Source of the DNA: Escherichia coli
Lineage (GTDB): Bacteria; Pseudomonadota; Gammaproteobacteria; Enterobacterales; Enterobacteriaceae
Length of the DNA: 64,000 nucleotides
Strand: one strand, 5' to 3'
Assembly (NCBI RefSeq): GCF_044324875.1
Contig: NZ_CP172185.1
Shown: positions 12,234 through 28,046 of the stretch, in pieces
Numbering within the stretch: the first letter of the stretch is position 1
How the letters are laid out: every line of letters begins with the position of its first letter
Translations under genes and position numbers: made by a program
The notes under the pieces: generated by a model
Databases searched by the model: none
What the model was told of the DNA's origin: nothing
The model's input: only the letters and a program-made list of their open reading frames with translations

Positions 12234-12596
12234 AATGTCCGTGCCTGTTTATCAGATTATGGGTAAAGGATGCCACAGACAGGATGAAAACATGAGTTTT
12301 TCACCGCTTTTCGTGAAAATCTTTTGTAGATCTTCTGGATCGCTCGCAAATCGTCATGTGGATAACTTTGTGCATAAATTATTTACATCGCTTTTAATTT
12401 ATTATCATGCTTTTTACAGCATGATGTTTGTCTTTGTTTTTCATGAAGTTAAAAATAAGACCATCCCTAATGATTGAGATAATGGGATTTTTTCTAATGT
12501 GGATAGATATGAATTATTTTTCTCCTTAAGGATCATCCGTTATTTGGGTCGTTTTCTGCTAAAATCTGCGCCTTGCGCTTCTTTAGCGCACTGTCT

Positions 12597-13529
12597 ATGG
12601 CTAACTTTTTGAATAAATTCATTATGACGAGAATACTCGCTGCGATAACCCTTTTGCTGAGTATCGTATTGACCATTTTGGTCACTATTTTTTGCTCCGT
12701 CCCGATCATCATTGCCGGGATTGTAAAACTATTGCTTCCTGTGCCAGTCATTTGGCGAAAGGTTTCGCGTTTTTGTGATTTTATGATGTATTGCTGGTGC
12801 GAAGGTCTGGCGGTATTACTGCATCTGAACCCACACCTGCAATGGGAAGTTCACGGGCTGGAAGGGTTAAGTAAGAAGAACTGGTATCTGCTTATTTGTA
12901 ACCACCGTAGTTGGGCAGATATTGTCGTACTGTGCGTGCTGTTTCGTAAGCACATTCCGATGAATAAATATTTCCTCAAGCAGCAACTGGCCTGGGTGCC
13001 TTTTCTTGGCCTGGCGTGCTGGGCGCTGGATATGCCGTTCATGAAGCGTTATTCCCGCGCTTATTTATTACGTCATCCGGAGCGACGTGGTAAAGATGTC
13101 GAAACCACTCGGCGTTCTTGTGAAAAGTTTCGCCTGCATCCCACCACCATTGTCAATTTCGTTGAAGGCTCCCGTTTCACGCAAGAAAAACATCAGCAAA
13201 CCCACTCCACTTTTCAAAACTTGTTGCCACCAAAGGCGGCAGGCATTGCGATGGCGCTAAATGTACTGGGTAAACAATTCGATAAACTGCTTAATGTTAC
13301 GCTGTGTTATCCGGACAATAACCGTCAGCCGTTCTTCGATATGTTAAGCGGTAAACTGACGCGAATTGTCGTACATGTGGATTTGCAGTCTATTTCCGAT
13401 GAGTTACATGGCGACTACATCAATGACAAAAGCTTTAAGCGCCATTTTCAGCAATGGCTGAACTCACTGTGGCAGGAAAAAGACCGGCTTCTGACGTCGT
13501 TGATGTCATCACAGCGGCAGGACAAGTAA
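12597..13529 (+). CDS. yihG: Putative acyltransferase (PlsC-like)
   Basis: ORF with N-terminal membrane segment and the acyltransferase NHRSWADI motif; start chosen at MANFLNKF. Confidence 0.85.
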   Translation: MANFLNKFIMTRILAAITLLLSIVLTILVTIFCSVPIIIAGIVKLLLPVPVIWRKVSRFCDFMMYCWCEGLAVLLHLNPHLQWEVHGLEGLSKKNWYLLICNHRSWADIVVLCVLFRKHIPMNKYFLKQQLAWVPFLGLACWALDMPFMKRYSRAYLLRHPERRGKDVETTRRSCEKFRLHPTTIVNFVEGSRFTQEKHQQTHSTFQNLLPPKAAGIAMALNVLGKQFDKLLNVTLCYPDNNRQPFFDMLSGKLTRIVVHVDLQSISDELHGDYINDKSFKRHFQQWLNSLWQEKDRLLTSLMSSQRQDK

Positions 13530-13535
13530 ATTTTG

Positions 13536-13561
13536 CTCGCCTCTGAATGAGCAGAGGCGAG
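13536..13561. terminator. Hairpin between convergent yihG and yihF
   Basis: ctcgcctctg / cagaggcgag inverted repeat; no strong U-run. Confidence 0.35.
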
Positions 13562-13569
13562 TGAGTATT

Positions 13570-15000
13570 TTAATGAACAAAACGTCCGGCACGAGACATA
13601 AATTCTTCTTCGCTCATCTCCTGTCCGTTAAAAGCAACTTTACCCGGTGTATAACGCAGTTGCAGCGAGGCGGTATTGTTGTCAATCGTGATTAACTGAA
13701 ACATCTGACCTAAGGTCATCATCCCGCTGATTTGTTTATCAGCCTGCTTTTGCGCTTTTTCCGCATCCATTCCTTCAGATAAATTAAGCTGTTTTGCGAT
13801 TTCTGTGGCGACATTAAGCGGTAATTTCACATCAAAATTGAGCGATTTAATATCTTTGTTTGTGGATGATGAAGATTTGGCTGGGTCGGCAATACTGATA
13901 TCCAGATTGGCATTTAGTTCGCCGAGTGCGTTCTTCCATCTTACCGGTTGTTTAATGGTCGGCTCACTTTTTTGTAATAACGGTAAATACTCTTTGAACA
14001 ATGCAGCATTCACTTCTTGCAGAGCAACTTCATCGTTTGCTAACTCAGGGTGTGCAGCAAGCTGCTTCTGCATCGCAATGTTATACTGGATGATAAATTG
14101 GCGCACCGCTGAGGGATCAATAGATTCAGCAATCAATGACCACTCACCACTACCGAGTTGCTGATTCCCTTTTGTTAACTTATCAAGTTCGTAGGTCAGA
14201 TTGACATTGATATAATCTTTGTCTTTAACGCGATCCAGCCTGGTTTTTGCAACGAAAGCATCGATTTGGGCAACGTCTTCCCCGTGATTGATAATGTTAA
14301 TCTGATTAAATTTCGACTCGCTTTCACCAACCGGAAATTTCTTTTCTTCTAATCGCGCCAGAGAATCAATGGTAAAACTTTTCGCCGTTACTTTGTTCAT
14401 TGGTGATAATTGCAGAACAATATCTTCGACTTTGCCTTCAATATCCAGGTTAGACAATGAACTACCATCACCATTAAAAGTAAACTGGCCCTTACCAAAG
14501 GAAAACTTTCCATACTCTGCAGGGGCAACATCTAATGTCGTGGAGAATGAGCTACCAAACGCGAACCTCAATGTCGCTTCCACGGGCGATTTATTTTTCG
14601 CGGCGATAAATAGCGGTTGTGTCAGTTCATTATTCACTAAGTTCACTTTTACCGCTGCCAGTACTGGGATGACATTACCATGCATTAACATTGTGATGGG
14701 CAACGGACCGTGCTCAACATCCACATCAAATGCAACTTTCTGGCCTGGCTTGATATTGAGATCGGGTGTACCGTTATCAAATGTCATTTGCATTTGAAAA
14801 CGAGAATTAAAAAAGCCTTTGTCAAAATTTTTATAACTTAACGTCATATCGTAGGCATGTTCACCTTTCTTTTTAGCATCGTTAAAATCTTTAATAAATT
14901 TTTCGACACCAGGCTGAATTTGCGTACCTGTGTACCATGTGCCACCGCCCCAGATTACGGCTAACGCAACAATAACACCTGTAGCTGACTTACGTATCAT
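13570..15000 (-). CDS. yihF: DUF945-family protein YihF
   Basis: ORF with N-terminal membrane/signal segment; start chosen at MIRKSATGVIVALAV (476 aa). Confidence 0.85.
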   Translation of the reverse strand: MIRKSATGVIVALAVIWGGGTWYTGTQIQPGVEKFIKDFNDAKKKGEHAYDMTLSYKNFDKGFFNSRFQMQMTFDNGTPDLNIKPGQKVAFDVDVEHGPLPITMLMHGNVIPVLAAVKVNLVNNELTQPLFIAAKNKSPVEATLRFAFGSSFSTTLDVAPAEYGKFSFGKGQFTFNGDGSSLSNLDIEGKVEDIVLQLSPMNKVTAKSFTIDSLARLEEKKFPVGESESKFNQINIINHGEDVAQIDAFVAKTRLDRVKDKDYINVNLTYELDKLTKGNQQLGSGEWSLIAESIDPSAVRQFIIQYNIAMQKQLAAHPELANDEVALQEVNAALFKEYLPLLQKSEPTIKQPVRWKNALGELNANLDISIADPAKSSSSTNKDIKSLNFDVKLPLNVATEIAKQLNLSEGMDAEKAQKQADKQISGMMTLGQMFQLITIDNNTASLQLRYTPGKVAFNGQEMSEEEFMSRAGRFVH

Positions 15001-15107
15001 ATAAATATTCCCTGATAAAACAGCAAAACTTTGAATATCCACTTATGCTGAAATAATGTCCAGCGGCAGGATGCATTATCAGAATGTATTTATATTTATT
15101 AAATAAT

Positions 15108-15134
15108 AAAAAAAGCCCGTGAATATTCACGGGC
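15108..15134 (-). terminator. Intrinsic terminator downstream of dsbA
   Basis: gcccgtgaatattcacgggc hairpin with a U-run on the minus strand. Confidence 0.6.
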
Positions 15135-15154
15135 TTTATGTAATTTACATTGAA

Positions 15155-15781
15155 TTATTTTTTCTCGGACAGATATTTTACTGTATCAGCATACTGCTGC
15201 ACAAAAACATCCATATTGCTGGTATCCATACCCTGCGGATTCAGCTGATATTTACCGTTAACAAACATCGCCGGAACACCACGCAATTGCACGTCAGCTG
15301 CAGCTTTTTCCTGCTGAGCGACCAGGGATTTCACCACGAAGCTGTTCCATGCCGCGTCGTACTCTTCACCTTTAATACCTGCGTTGATAAATACATCGCG
15401 GATATCAGATGCTGAACGAATAGTCTGGGTTTTCTGTACGCCTTCAAACAGCGGAACAGTGACTTTGTCTTCCACGCCCAGTGCCATCGCCACAGCCCAT
15501 GCCTGAGTCAGATCTTTGCCCAGGTCACCACCCATGAAGTTGACGTGGTATTTAGTCATCTTCACGCCTTCCGGCAGTTTTTTCTTCACGTTATCAGAAA
15601 TATGCAGAACTTCTTCAAACTGATAGCAGTGCGGGCAGAAGAAAGAGAAAAACTCCAGCACTTGCGGCGCGCCAGCAACTGGTTTTTCCAGGGTAGTGTA
15701 CTGTTTACCATCTTCATACTGCGCCGCCGATGCGCTAAACGCTAAAACTAAACCAGCCAGCGCCAGCCAAATCTTTTTCAT
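15155..15781 (-). CDS. dsbA: Periplasmic thiol:disulfide oxidoreductase DsbA
   Basis: 208-aa ORF with signal peptide and the CPHC active site ([13 protein letters not shown]). Confidence 0.97.
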
Positions 15782-15797
15782 GATCTACTCTCTCCGA

Positions 15798-16784
15798 TTA
15801 ATACATAGGTGTTAATTGCAAAGGGGGTTCTTGTAGAACTTTTGCCTGTTCTATAAAAGTCGCCGTCTGTCGCAGCCAGTAATCTTCCCCGGTTAACCAC
15901 GGGAAATTTTTCGGGAACGCGGGATCAGCCCAACGCCGCATTAGCCAGGCAAGATAATAAACCAAACGCATGGCGCGTAAAGGTTCAATCAGTCCGATTT
16001 CAGCGGTGTCGAACTCGCTAAATTCTTCATAAGCTTCAATAATAGTTTCCAGTTGCATCCGCTGCTCGGCTTTATCGCCATTGAGCAACATCCACAAATC
16101 CTGAATAGCCGGACCATTACGTGCATCATCCAGATCAACAAACATTGGACCATCGCGCCAGAGAATATTCCCAGCGTGGCAGTCTCCATGTAGCCGCAGA
16201 ACGGTGAAATCTTCCCGCCAGTGTGCTGTAACGGCGGCGATCAGCTCATCTGTCGCTTTCAGGAATGCCGCTTTCAACCCGGAAGGTATCAGTGTAGCGT
16301 CCTCAAACAGCTTGCGAGGCTCAATGAGATATTCATTCAGACCGATGGTCGGGCGATGGATAAAAAGCTGTTTGCGCCCCGTCTGGTGCATACGCCCTAA
16401 ATAACGCCCAACCGCTTCCATCTGATCGATATTATCAGCTTCAAACTGGCGACCACCAACGCTTGGAAAAACAGCGAAATAAAATCCCTGATGATTCAAT
16501 AAAGTCTGACCGTTAAAGGCCACAGGTGCTGCGACCGGAACTTCATCATTTACCAGCTGCAACGCAAACTGATGTTCTTCGAGGATTTGGTCGGCTGTCC
16601 AACGTTCAGGGCGATAAAATTTGACGACAAAACGTCGACGATCTTCGTCCTGAAATTGATAGACACGGTTTTCATAGCTGTTAAGCGGGGTAAGACCGGA
16701 ATCCACCCGGATCCCTTGCTCAAATAGAGCATCCATGATGGTATCCGGGTGTAGTGTCTGGAAAGTAAAAGCGCTGTTGTTCAT
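15798..16784 (-). CDS. srkA: Stress response kinase A (YihE)
   Basis: 328-aa ORF recognised as YihE/SrkA protein-kinase-like fold (LHGDCHAGNILW, VDLDD). Confidence 0.93.
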   Translation of the reverse strand: MNNSAFTFQTLHPDTIMDALFEQGIRVDSGLTPLNSYENRVYQFQDEDRRRFVVKFYRPERWTADQILEEHQFALQLVNDEVPVAAPVAFNGQTLLNHQGFYFAVFPSVGGRQFEADNIDQMEAVGRYLGRMHQTGRKQLFIHRPTIGLNEYLIEPRKLFEDATLIPSGLKAAFLKATDELIAAVTAHWREDFTVLRLHGDCHAGNILWRDGPMFVDLDDARNGPAIQDLWMLLNGDKAEQRMQLETIIEAYEEFSEFDTAEIGLIEPLRAMRLVYYLAWLMRRWADPAFPKNFPWLTGEDYWLRQTATFIEQAKVLQEPPLQLTPMY

Positions 16785-16860
16785 CCCATCATCCGGAAAA
16801 CATTACGAATGATGAAGGATATCATTTCACGATGATTTTGGTGGCACCGCTTACAAGCTT

Positions 16861-17130
16861 TTACTCTTTAATTACGCCGCGAGCGCGTAACAGCGCCGTT
16901 TTGAAGTCTTCTTCATAATCTTTCTGCAAACCCGGGATCACCGCATCTTTCGCGGAATCACGCATTTTCAGATGATAGATCAGAATGTCATCCGTCAAAT
17001 CCGCCAGTTCGCCGTCAAAACCTGACTCTTTCGCCAGTTTCTGCAAAAATTGCAGCAGGTTAAGGTCTGGCTCTTTTTGCCAGGCTGGCTGGAGGAGTTC
17101 AATAACTTCATTCAGACGTTTACATTTCAT
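16861..17130 (-). CDS. yihD: Small protein YihD (DUF1040)
   Basis: Start chosen at [13 protein letters not shown] within the longer track ORF. Confidence 0.85.
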
Positions 17131-17199
17131 AGTAATGCTCCTTACTCTTGAGACAGACACGTTAGCAGGGTCAATCCCACAATAAAAGAGGCGATATCG

Positions 17200-17784
17200 G
17201 TGAATCTGATGACGACGATAACAGGCGTTGTGCTGGCGGGCGGTAAAGCCAGACGAATGGGCGGCGTAGATAAAGGATTGCTTGAATTAAACGGCAAACC
17301 GCTGTGGCAACATGTCGCTGACGCGCTTATGACGCAGCTCTCTCACGTCGTGGTTAATGCTAATCGTCATCAGGAAATCTATCAGGCAAGCGGTCTGAAA
17401 GTGATTGAAGATTCACTGGCGGATTACCCAGGCCCTCTGGCAGGAATGCTTTCAGTAATGCAGCAGGAAACGGGGGAGTGGTTTTTGTTTTGTCCGTGCG
17501 ATACGCCTTACATTCCCCCTGATTTAGCCGCCCGGCTTAATCATCAGCGCAAAGAGGCACCTGTCGTGTGGGTCCACGACGGTGAACGCGATCACCCGAC
17601 TATTGCTCTGGTAAACCGCGCAATTGAGCCTTTATTACTGGAATATCTGCAAGCAGGAGAACGCCGGGTAATGGCATTTATGCGTCTGGCTGGCGGTCAT
17701 GCGGTTGATTTCAGCGATAATAAAGATGCATTTATTAACGTGAATACGCCAGAGGAGCTTGCCCGATGGCAGGAAAAACGATGA
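17200..17784 (+). CDS. mobA: Molybdenum cofactor guanylyltransferase
   Basis: 194-aa ORF from a GTG start, N-terminal [11 protein letters not shown] motif. Confidence 0.95.
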
Positions 17785-18293
17785 TACCGTTACTCGCCTT
17801 TGCCGCGTGGAGCGGCACTGGAAAAACTACGCTTTTGAAAAAACTGATCCCGGCATTATGCGCCAGAGGGATCCGTCCAGGACTGATTAAGCATACGCAC
17901 CATGATATGGATGTTGATAAACCGGGCAAAGATAGCTATGAGCTGCGCAAAGCTGGCGCGGCACAAACCATCGTTGCCAGCCAGCAGCGATGGGCCTTGA
18001 TGACGGAAACACCAGACGAAGAAGAGCTGGATCTACATTTTCTCGCAAGTCGAATGGATACCTCAAAGCTGGATTTGATTCTGGTCGAAGGGTTTAAGCA
18101 TGAAGAGATCGCAAAGATTGTGCTGTTTCGCGATAGAGCCGGACATCGACCGGAAGAATTAGTGATAGACAGACATGTTATTGCTGTAGCCAGTGATGTG
18201 CCGCTTAATCTTGATGTCGCGTTACTGGATATTAATGATGTTGGGGGGCTGGCTGATTTTGTGGTGGAGTGGATGCAAAATCAGGACGGATAA
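17766..18293 (+). CDS. mobB: Molybdopterin-guanine dinucleotide biosynthesis adapter MobB
   Basis: ORF with P-loop GTGKTT; overlaps the 3' end of mobA; exact start uncertain. Confidence 0.9.
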   Translation: MAGKTMIPLLAFAAWSGTGKTTLLKKLIPALCARGIRPGLIKHTHHDMDVDKPGKDSYELRKAGAAQTIVASQQRWALMTETPDEEELDLHFLASRMDTSKLDLILVEGFKHEEIAKIVLFRDRAGHRPEELVIDRHVIAVASDVPLNLDVALLDINDVGGLADFVVEWMQNQDG

Positions 18294-18352
18294 GCAAGAG
18301 TAGGCTGGATCAGACGCAGCCAGCGTCGCATCCGGCCTTCTTCTGCTCCAGC

Positions 18353-18382
18353 GCAAAAAGGCCATCCTGACGGATGGCCTTC
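18353..18382 (-). terminator. rrn operon terminator
   Basis: ggccatccgtcaggatggcc hairpin followed by a U-run on the minus strand, just 3' of the 5S gene. Confidence 0.7.
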
Positions 18383-18393
18383 TGCTTAATTTG

Positions 18394-18513
18394 ATGCCTG
18401 GCAGTTCCCTACTCTCGCATGGGGAGACCCCACACTACCATCGGCGCTACGGCGTTTCACTTCTGAGTTCGGCATGGGGTCAGGTGGGACCACCGCGCTA
18501 CGGCCGCCAGGCA
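18394..18513 (-). rRNA. rrfA: 5S ribosomal RNA
   Basis: Reverse complement reads TGCCTGGCGGCCGTAGCGCGGTGGTCCCACCTGACCCCATGCCGAACTCAG...GGAACTGCCAGGCAT. Confidence 0.97.
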
Positions 18514-18605
18514 AATTCTGTTTATCAGACCGCTTCTGCGTTCTGATTTAATCTGTATCAGGCTGAAAATCTTTCTCTCATCCGCCAAAACATCTTCGGC
18601 GTTGT

Positions 18606-21510
<2,905 letters not shown>

Positions 21511-21684
21511 TCACAACCCGAAGATGTTTCACTTCAGAGTTGCGAAAATTTGAGAGACTCACGAACAACTTTCGTTGTTCAGTGTTTCAATTTTCAGCTT
21601 GATCCAGATTTTTAAAGAGCAAAACTTCGCAGTGAACCTTTGCAGGTACACTCTGAAGTATTTTTTATTTAATCACTACAGAGA

Positions 21685-21760
21685 TGGTGGAGCTATGCGG
21701 GATCGAACCGCAGACCTCCTGCGTGCAAAGCAGGCGCTCTCCCAGCTGAGCTATAGCCCC
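21685..21760 (-). tRNA. alaT: tRNA-Ala (UGC), 16S-23S spacer
   Basis: Reverse complement GGGGCTATAGCTCAGCTGGGAGAGCGCCTGCTTTGCACGCAGGAGGTCTGCGGTTCGATCCCGCATAGCTCCACCA. Confidence 0.97.
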
Positions 21761-21802
21761 ATAACATGTAGTTAAAACCTCTTCAAATTTGCGGTGCAAA
21801 TT

Positions 21803-21879
<77 letters not shown>

Positions 21880-21947
21880 GTAGAGGTTTTACTGCTCATT
21901 TTCATCAGACAATCTGTGTGAGCACTGCAAAGCACAGTTCTTTAAGG

Positions 21948-23489
<1,542 letters not shown>

Positions 23490-23669
23490 AAAAGTTTGAT
23501 GCTCAAAGAATTAAACTTCGTAATAAATTACGTGTTCACTCTTGAGACTTGGTATTCATTTTTCGTCTTGCGACGTTAAGAATCCGTATCTTCGAGTGCC
23601 CACACAGATTGTCTGATAAATTGTTAAAGAGCAGTGCCGCTTCGCTTTTTCTCAGCGGCGCGGGGTGTG

Positions 23670-23845
23670 CATGATACGCTTTCCCGCTACAGAGTCAAGC
23701 ATTTTTTTCTTTTCCCTGTTGAGATTCTCAGGAGAACCCCGCTGACCCGGCGGCGTGTTTGCCGTTGTTCCGTGTCAGTGGTGGCGCATTATAGGGAGTT
23801 ATTCCGGCCTGACAAGAGGAAATTTAAAATAATTTTCTGACCGCG
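23670..23845 (-). promoter_or_regulatory. rrn P1/P2 promoter region with AT-rich UP element
   Basis: Minus strand carries TTGTCAGGCCGGAATAACTCCCTATAATGCGCC (P1) and downstream TTGACTCTGTAGCGGGAAAGCGTATCATGC (P2); AT-rich tract upstream. Confidence 0.75.
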
Positions 23846-23864
23846 CATTTTTTATTCTTTATGC

Positions 23865-24410
23865 TTATTTCAGCGTCGGTTTGTCGGTTAAATGGGCGAT
23901 TTCTCGGGCGAAATTCGCCACCTGCTCCCAATCGGTATAGACAACTTCTTTGCGCGTATCCGTTTCACCGCCTGACATCTTCATAATCAGCTTGATCATA
24001 AAACGGTCGTACCAGCGATAACGTGGGTAACGCAGCGCCCCGGCAATGACCGCGCAGCGATCGGGACGCCATTGCGAGTTCATCAGAAACTTCCGCGCGT
24101 AGCTGTTGGTCTGTGGAGTACGCTTCTCCGGTTTGCGCGCCACCAGGTTTACGGAGTAAAAGGCGCTCGGCATCGAATTCAGCCGCGTCGCATGCTTTTT
24201 AACAAATTCCTGGAACGCAGAGTGGTAGTGACCATAGCGAATAGAAGCACCAATGACCACACGGTCATAGTTTTCCCATTGTGGTTCTTCAATGCGGTGC
24301 ACATTGGCGACATCCGCCTGGATCCCCAGTTCTTTCAGTTCCGAAGCCAGGTAGGAGGCAATCTCGCGCGTTTGTCCGTCCCTTGTTGAGAAAAGAATTA
24401 ATGTTTTCAC
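23865..24410 (-). CDS. hemG: Protoporphyrinogen oxidase (flavodoxin-like)
   Basis: 181-aa [25 protein letters not shown]... Confidence 0.95.
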   Translation of the reverse strand: MKTLILFSTRDGQTREIASYLASELKELGIQADVANVHRIEEPQWENYDRVVIGASIRYGHYHSAFQEFVKKHATRLNSMPSAFYSVNLVARKPEKRTPQTNSYARKFLMNSQWRPDRCAVIAGALRYPRYRWYDRFMIKLIMKMSGGETDTRKEVVYTDWEQVANFAREIAHLTDKPTLK

Positions 24411-24421
24411 GTATTACTCCA

Positions 24422-25873
24422 TCATTCACGCCAGAAGGTCGGGGTAAAGAGCACCAGCAATGTAAAGACCTCGAGACGACCAAACAGCATGTTAGCAATC
24501 AGGATCCATTTAGCCACCGGGTTCATACTGGTAAAGTTATCAGCAACCACGCCAAGCCCTGGCCCCAGGTTATTCAATGTCGCAACAACTGAGGCAAAGG
24601 CAGAAAAGTCATCCACGCCCGTGGCGATAATCGCCAGCATACTGACAATAAACACCAATGCATAGGCGGAGAAAAATCCCCAAACGGCTTCGAGGATACG
24701 TTCCGGCAGTGCGCGATTCCCCAGCTTAATGCTATAGACGGCGTTCGGATGCACCAGTCGTTTCAGCTCACGGTTCCCCTGCTTAAACAGCAGCAGGATG
24801 CGGATCACTTTCAGGCCACCGCCCGTTGACCCGGCGCAACCGCCGATAAAAGCTGAACATAAAAGCAGTACCGGCAAAAAGAGCGGCCAGCGGGCAATGC
24901 TGTCAGTCGTAAACCCGGCGGTTGTCGCCATCGACACCACCTGGAAAAACGCCTGGTTAATTGTCATCAGCGCCGAACTGTAGACATTATGAAACCACAG
25001 TACGAGTGTACAAATAACCACCAGCGTAAACTGTACGCCGATAAACATGCGAAATTCCGGATCGCGCCAATAAACCTTCAGACTACGCCCACTTAACAGT
25101 GAAAAGTGCAGACCGTAGTTACAGCCGGAGATCAGCAGGAAGATAGCAATGATAGTGTTAATAGTCGGGCTGTCGAAATAACCGATACTGGCATCATGTG
25201 TCGAGAAGCCGCCAATAGCGATAGTCGCAAAGCTATGGCCGATGGCATCAAAGGCATCCATTCCGGCAAACCACAGCGCCAGTGCACAGGCGACGGTCAG
25301 CAAGACATAAATCAACCACAGGGTTTTCGCCGTTTCCGCAATTCGCGGACGCATTTTGTTATCTTTCAGTGGGCCGGGCATTTCCGCGCGATAGAGCTGC
25401 ATCCCACCCACGCCGAGGATAGGCAGTATCGCAACCGCCAACACGATGATCCCCATCCCGCCAAACCATTGCAGCATCTGGCGATAAAAGAGGATGGCAT
25501 GAGGGAGTGAATCCAGCCCCACCAGCGTAGTGGCTCCCGTGGTGGTCAGGCCAGAGAAAGATTCAAAAAACGCATCGGTAATCGTGAGGTTCGGGCTTTC
25601 CGAGAAGATAAAAGGGAGCGCACCGACACTACCCAGCACGGTCCAGAACAGCACCACTATCAGAAACCCCTCACGGGATTTAAGTTCGCCTTTCTCTTTG
25701 CGGTTCGGCCACCACAGCATAGAGCCAATGGCGAGGGCGACAAAAAAGGTCTGGGTAAAAGCGCGGCCCGCTCCATCCCGGTAGATGAGTGCTACCAGCC
25801 CAGGGATAATCATGGTCCCTGAAAATAAGATGACCAGTAGTCCAACGATTCGGGTAATGGCGCGAAAATGCAT
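24422..25873 (-). CDS. trkH: Trk-system potassium uptake protein
   Basis: 483-aa polytopic membrane ORF recognised as TrkH. Confidence 0.96.
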   Translation of the reverse strand: MHFRAITRIVGLLVILFSGTMIIPGLVALIYRDGAGRAFTQTFFVALAIGSMLWWPNRKEKGELKSREGFLIVVLFWTVLGSVGALPFIFSESPNLTITDAFFESFSGLTTTGATTLVGLDSLPHAILFYRQMLQWFGGMGIIVLAVAILPILGVGGMQLYRAEMPGPLKDNKMRPRIAETAKTLWLIYVLLTVACALALWFAGMDAFDAIGHSFATIAIGGFSTHDASIGYFDSPTINTIIAIFLLISGCNYGLHFSLLSGRSLKVYWRDPEFRMFIGVQFTLVVICTLVLWFHNVYSSALMTINQAFFQVVSMATTAGFTTDSIARWPLFLPVLLLCSAFIGGCAGSTGGGLKVIRILLLFKQGNRELKRLVHPNAVYSIKLGNRALPERILEAVWGFFSAYALVFIVSMLAIIATGVDDFSAFASVVATLNNLGPGLGVVADNFTSMNPVAKWILIANMLFGRLEVFTLLVLFTPTFWRE

Positions 25874-25911
25874 CTCTGCCGCTTCCTTAGTTCTGCAAAA
25901 CGAAGTGGGGA

Positions 25912-26526
25912 TTATTCTTCAATCGCTAACAATTGCAATGAACCACGGCTAAAATCCGCCAGCTTTGCGGAAAATTCAGCCACTTTCGCCGCCGGAAGCG
26001 CCACCCGCAGCAGAACGAATGCCTGATAATCACTGTTGATAATTTTGCCGTCACACTGCCCCAGCAACGCTTCAATGCCGGTTAACTGACTATATTCACA
26101 TTGCAAAGTATATTCGGTTAATGGCGTCTTGCGTTGGGTCGTTAGCTGGCGCAGCGCCTGATTCACTCCGCCACCATACGCTTTCACTAACCCACCGGTA
26201 CCAAGCAATATGCCGCCGTAGTAGCGCACCACCACAGCGGTAATTTCCCCGACGCCGCTGCCCATTAGTTGGGCGAGCATCGGTTTACCGGCCGTTCCCG
26301 CCGGTTCCCCGTCGTCAGAGAAACCGAGCTGTTGAGAATCATCCGGCGCACCCGCCACCCACGCCACGCAATGGTGGCGGGCATCGGGGTGTTCTGCCCG
26401 CACCGATTCAACAAACGCTTTCGCCGCCTCAACGCCATCGGTATGCGCCAACATCGTTATGAAGCGGCTCTTTTTGATCTCTTCAACGACCGCGACTGGT
26501 GCCGCAGGAATTAACCAGCTTTCCAT
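25912..26526 (-). CDS. yigZ: IMPACT-family protein YigZ
   Basis: [22 protein letters not shown]...; start/stop overlap with pepQ. Confidence 0.9.
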   Translation of the reverse strand: MESWLIPAAPVAVVEEIKKSRFITMLAHTDGVEAAKAFVESVRAEHPDARHHCVAWVAGAPDDSQQLGFSDDGEPAGTAGKPMLAQLMGSGVGEITAVVVRYYGGILLGTGGLVKAYGGGVNQALRQLTTQRKTPLTEYTLQCEYSQLTGIEALLGQCDGKIINSDYQAFVLLRVALPAAKVAEFSAKLADFSRGSLQLLAIEE

Positions 26527-27857
26527 CACGCCAGTTTCAGATCCCGGGTCATGTTTTCCACGTTGTTTTCGTGGATCACCACGTTGTCTTCGATACGAAT
26601 GCCACCGAACGGTTTCAGTGCTTCAATTTTCTGCCAGTTAAAGTGTTTACTGAACTGCCCTTCACGCCACGGTGCCAGCAGCGATTCAATGAAGTAAATA
26701 CCCGGTTCGATGGTTAACACCATGCCCGGCTGGAGAATACGGGTGCAGCGCAGGTACGGATATTTTGCCGGTGCCGCGAGGTGCGTACCGCTATCATCCT
26801 GCATAAAACCGGCTACGTCATGCACCTGCAGGCCCAGCGGATGGCCGATACCGTGCGGCATAAACGGTCCGGTGAGATCGTTTTCGACCATCGCTTCTTC
26901 ACTCATATCGGTGATGATTTGATGTTTACGCAGCAGTTTGGCGATGCGCTGATGGAACTGGAGGTGGTAATCCACATAGCTGACGCCTGCTTTCATGGTG
27001 GCGATCAGCGCCAGTTGTTCATCATTTACGTCTTTCACCAGCTGTGCGTAGTCGTTATCGCTTTTTGCCGACCAGGTACGGGTCAGGTCAGCCGCATAGC
27101 CGTTATATTCGGCCCCGGCATCCAGCAGGAAGCTGCGCATCTCTTCCGGTGCCTGGTGGTCCAGTTTGGTGTAATGCAACACCGCAGCGTGTTCGTTAAG
27201 CGCCACAATGTTGCTGTAAGGTACGTCGGTATCACGATGACCGGTCGCGGTCAGATAGGCAATATTGATATCGAACTCGCTCATGCCAGAACGGAACGCT
27301 TCTTCTGCCGCGCGATGACCGTTGACCGCCATTTTCTGCGCTTCACGCATACAGGCCAGTTCGTACTCGGTTTTGAAGGAGCGGTAGTAATGCAGGTAGT
27401 CGATCACCCCTTTCGGGTTGATATTGCTGGCCTCAATACCCAGTTGCAGCGCACGCTCCGGCACCGGACCGATATAACCGATATTCCCGCGCGCAGCAGG
27501 CAGCAGGCTACCAATGCCATCGGCTTTCGGCAGCGCGATCACTTCTACATCTTCAGTCCAGAAGGAGGTCGGCAGCGGTTCGACGTTGTGCCAGTAATCA
27601 ACCGGCAGATAAAACCACAGTTTCGGCTTGTTCACGCCATCCACCAACAGCCAGCAGTTTGGCACCTGAGTTACCGGCACCCACGCTTTGAATTGCGGAT
27701 TCACTTTAAACGGATAGGGATGATCGTCGAGAAAAACGTTGAACAGTTCGCCGGAGTGAATAAGTAACGCATCCAGCTTGAAGCGCGCCAGCGCATCGCG
27801 AGTCCGTTCTTGTAAGGTAGCTATATGATTTTTATAGAGTGAGGCCAGTGATTCCAT
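26526..27857 (-). CDS. pepQ: Xaa-Pro dipeptidase (prolidase)
   Basis: 443-aa ORF with M24 metallopeptidase motifs ([13 protein letters not shown]). Confidence 0.96.
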   Translation of the reverse strand: MESLASLYKNHIATLQERTRDALARFKLDALLIHSGELFNVFLDDHPYPFKVNPQFKAWVPVTQVPNCWLLVDGVNKPKLWFYLPVDYWHNVEPLPTSFWTEDVEVIALPKADGIGSLLPAARGNIGYIGPVPERALQLGIEASNINPKGVIDYLHYYRSFKTEYELACMREAQKMAVNGHRAAEEAFRSGMSEFDINIAYLTATGHRDTDVPYSNIVALNEHAAVLHYTKLDHQAPEEMRSFLLDAGAEYNGYAADLTRTWSAKSDNDYAQLVKDVNDEQLALIATMKAGVSYVDYHLQFHQRIAKLLRKHQIITDMSEEAMVENDLTGPFMPHGIGHPLGLQVHDVAGFMQDDSGTHLAAPAKYPYLRCTRILQPGMVLTIEPGIYFIESLLAPWREGQFSKHFNWQKIEALKPFGGIRIEDNVVIHENNVENMTRDLKLA

Positions 27858-28004
27858 TTTTTACCCTTCTGTTTTTTTGACCTTAAGTCTCCGCATCTTA
27901 GCACATCGTTCATCCAGAGCGTGATTTCTGCCGAGCGTGATCAGATTGGCATTTCTTTAATCTTTTATTTGCATATTTTTAACACAAAATACACACTTCG
28001 ATGC

Positions 28005-28021
28005 ATCTGGTACGACCAGAT
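28005..28021 (+). promoter_or_regulatory. FadR operator in the fadBA promoter
   Basis: atctggtacgaccagat, a palindrome matching the FadR consensus, 25 bp upstream of the fadB ATG. Confidence 0.7.
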
Positions 28022-28046
28022 CACCTTGCGGATTCAGGAGACTGAC

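Noticed and set aside
26781-27767. 328-aa + strand ORF
   Set aside because: Antisense to pepQ, whose product is clearly recognisable.
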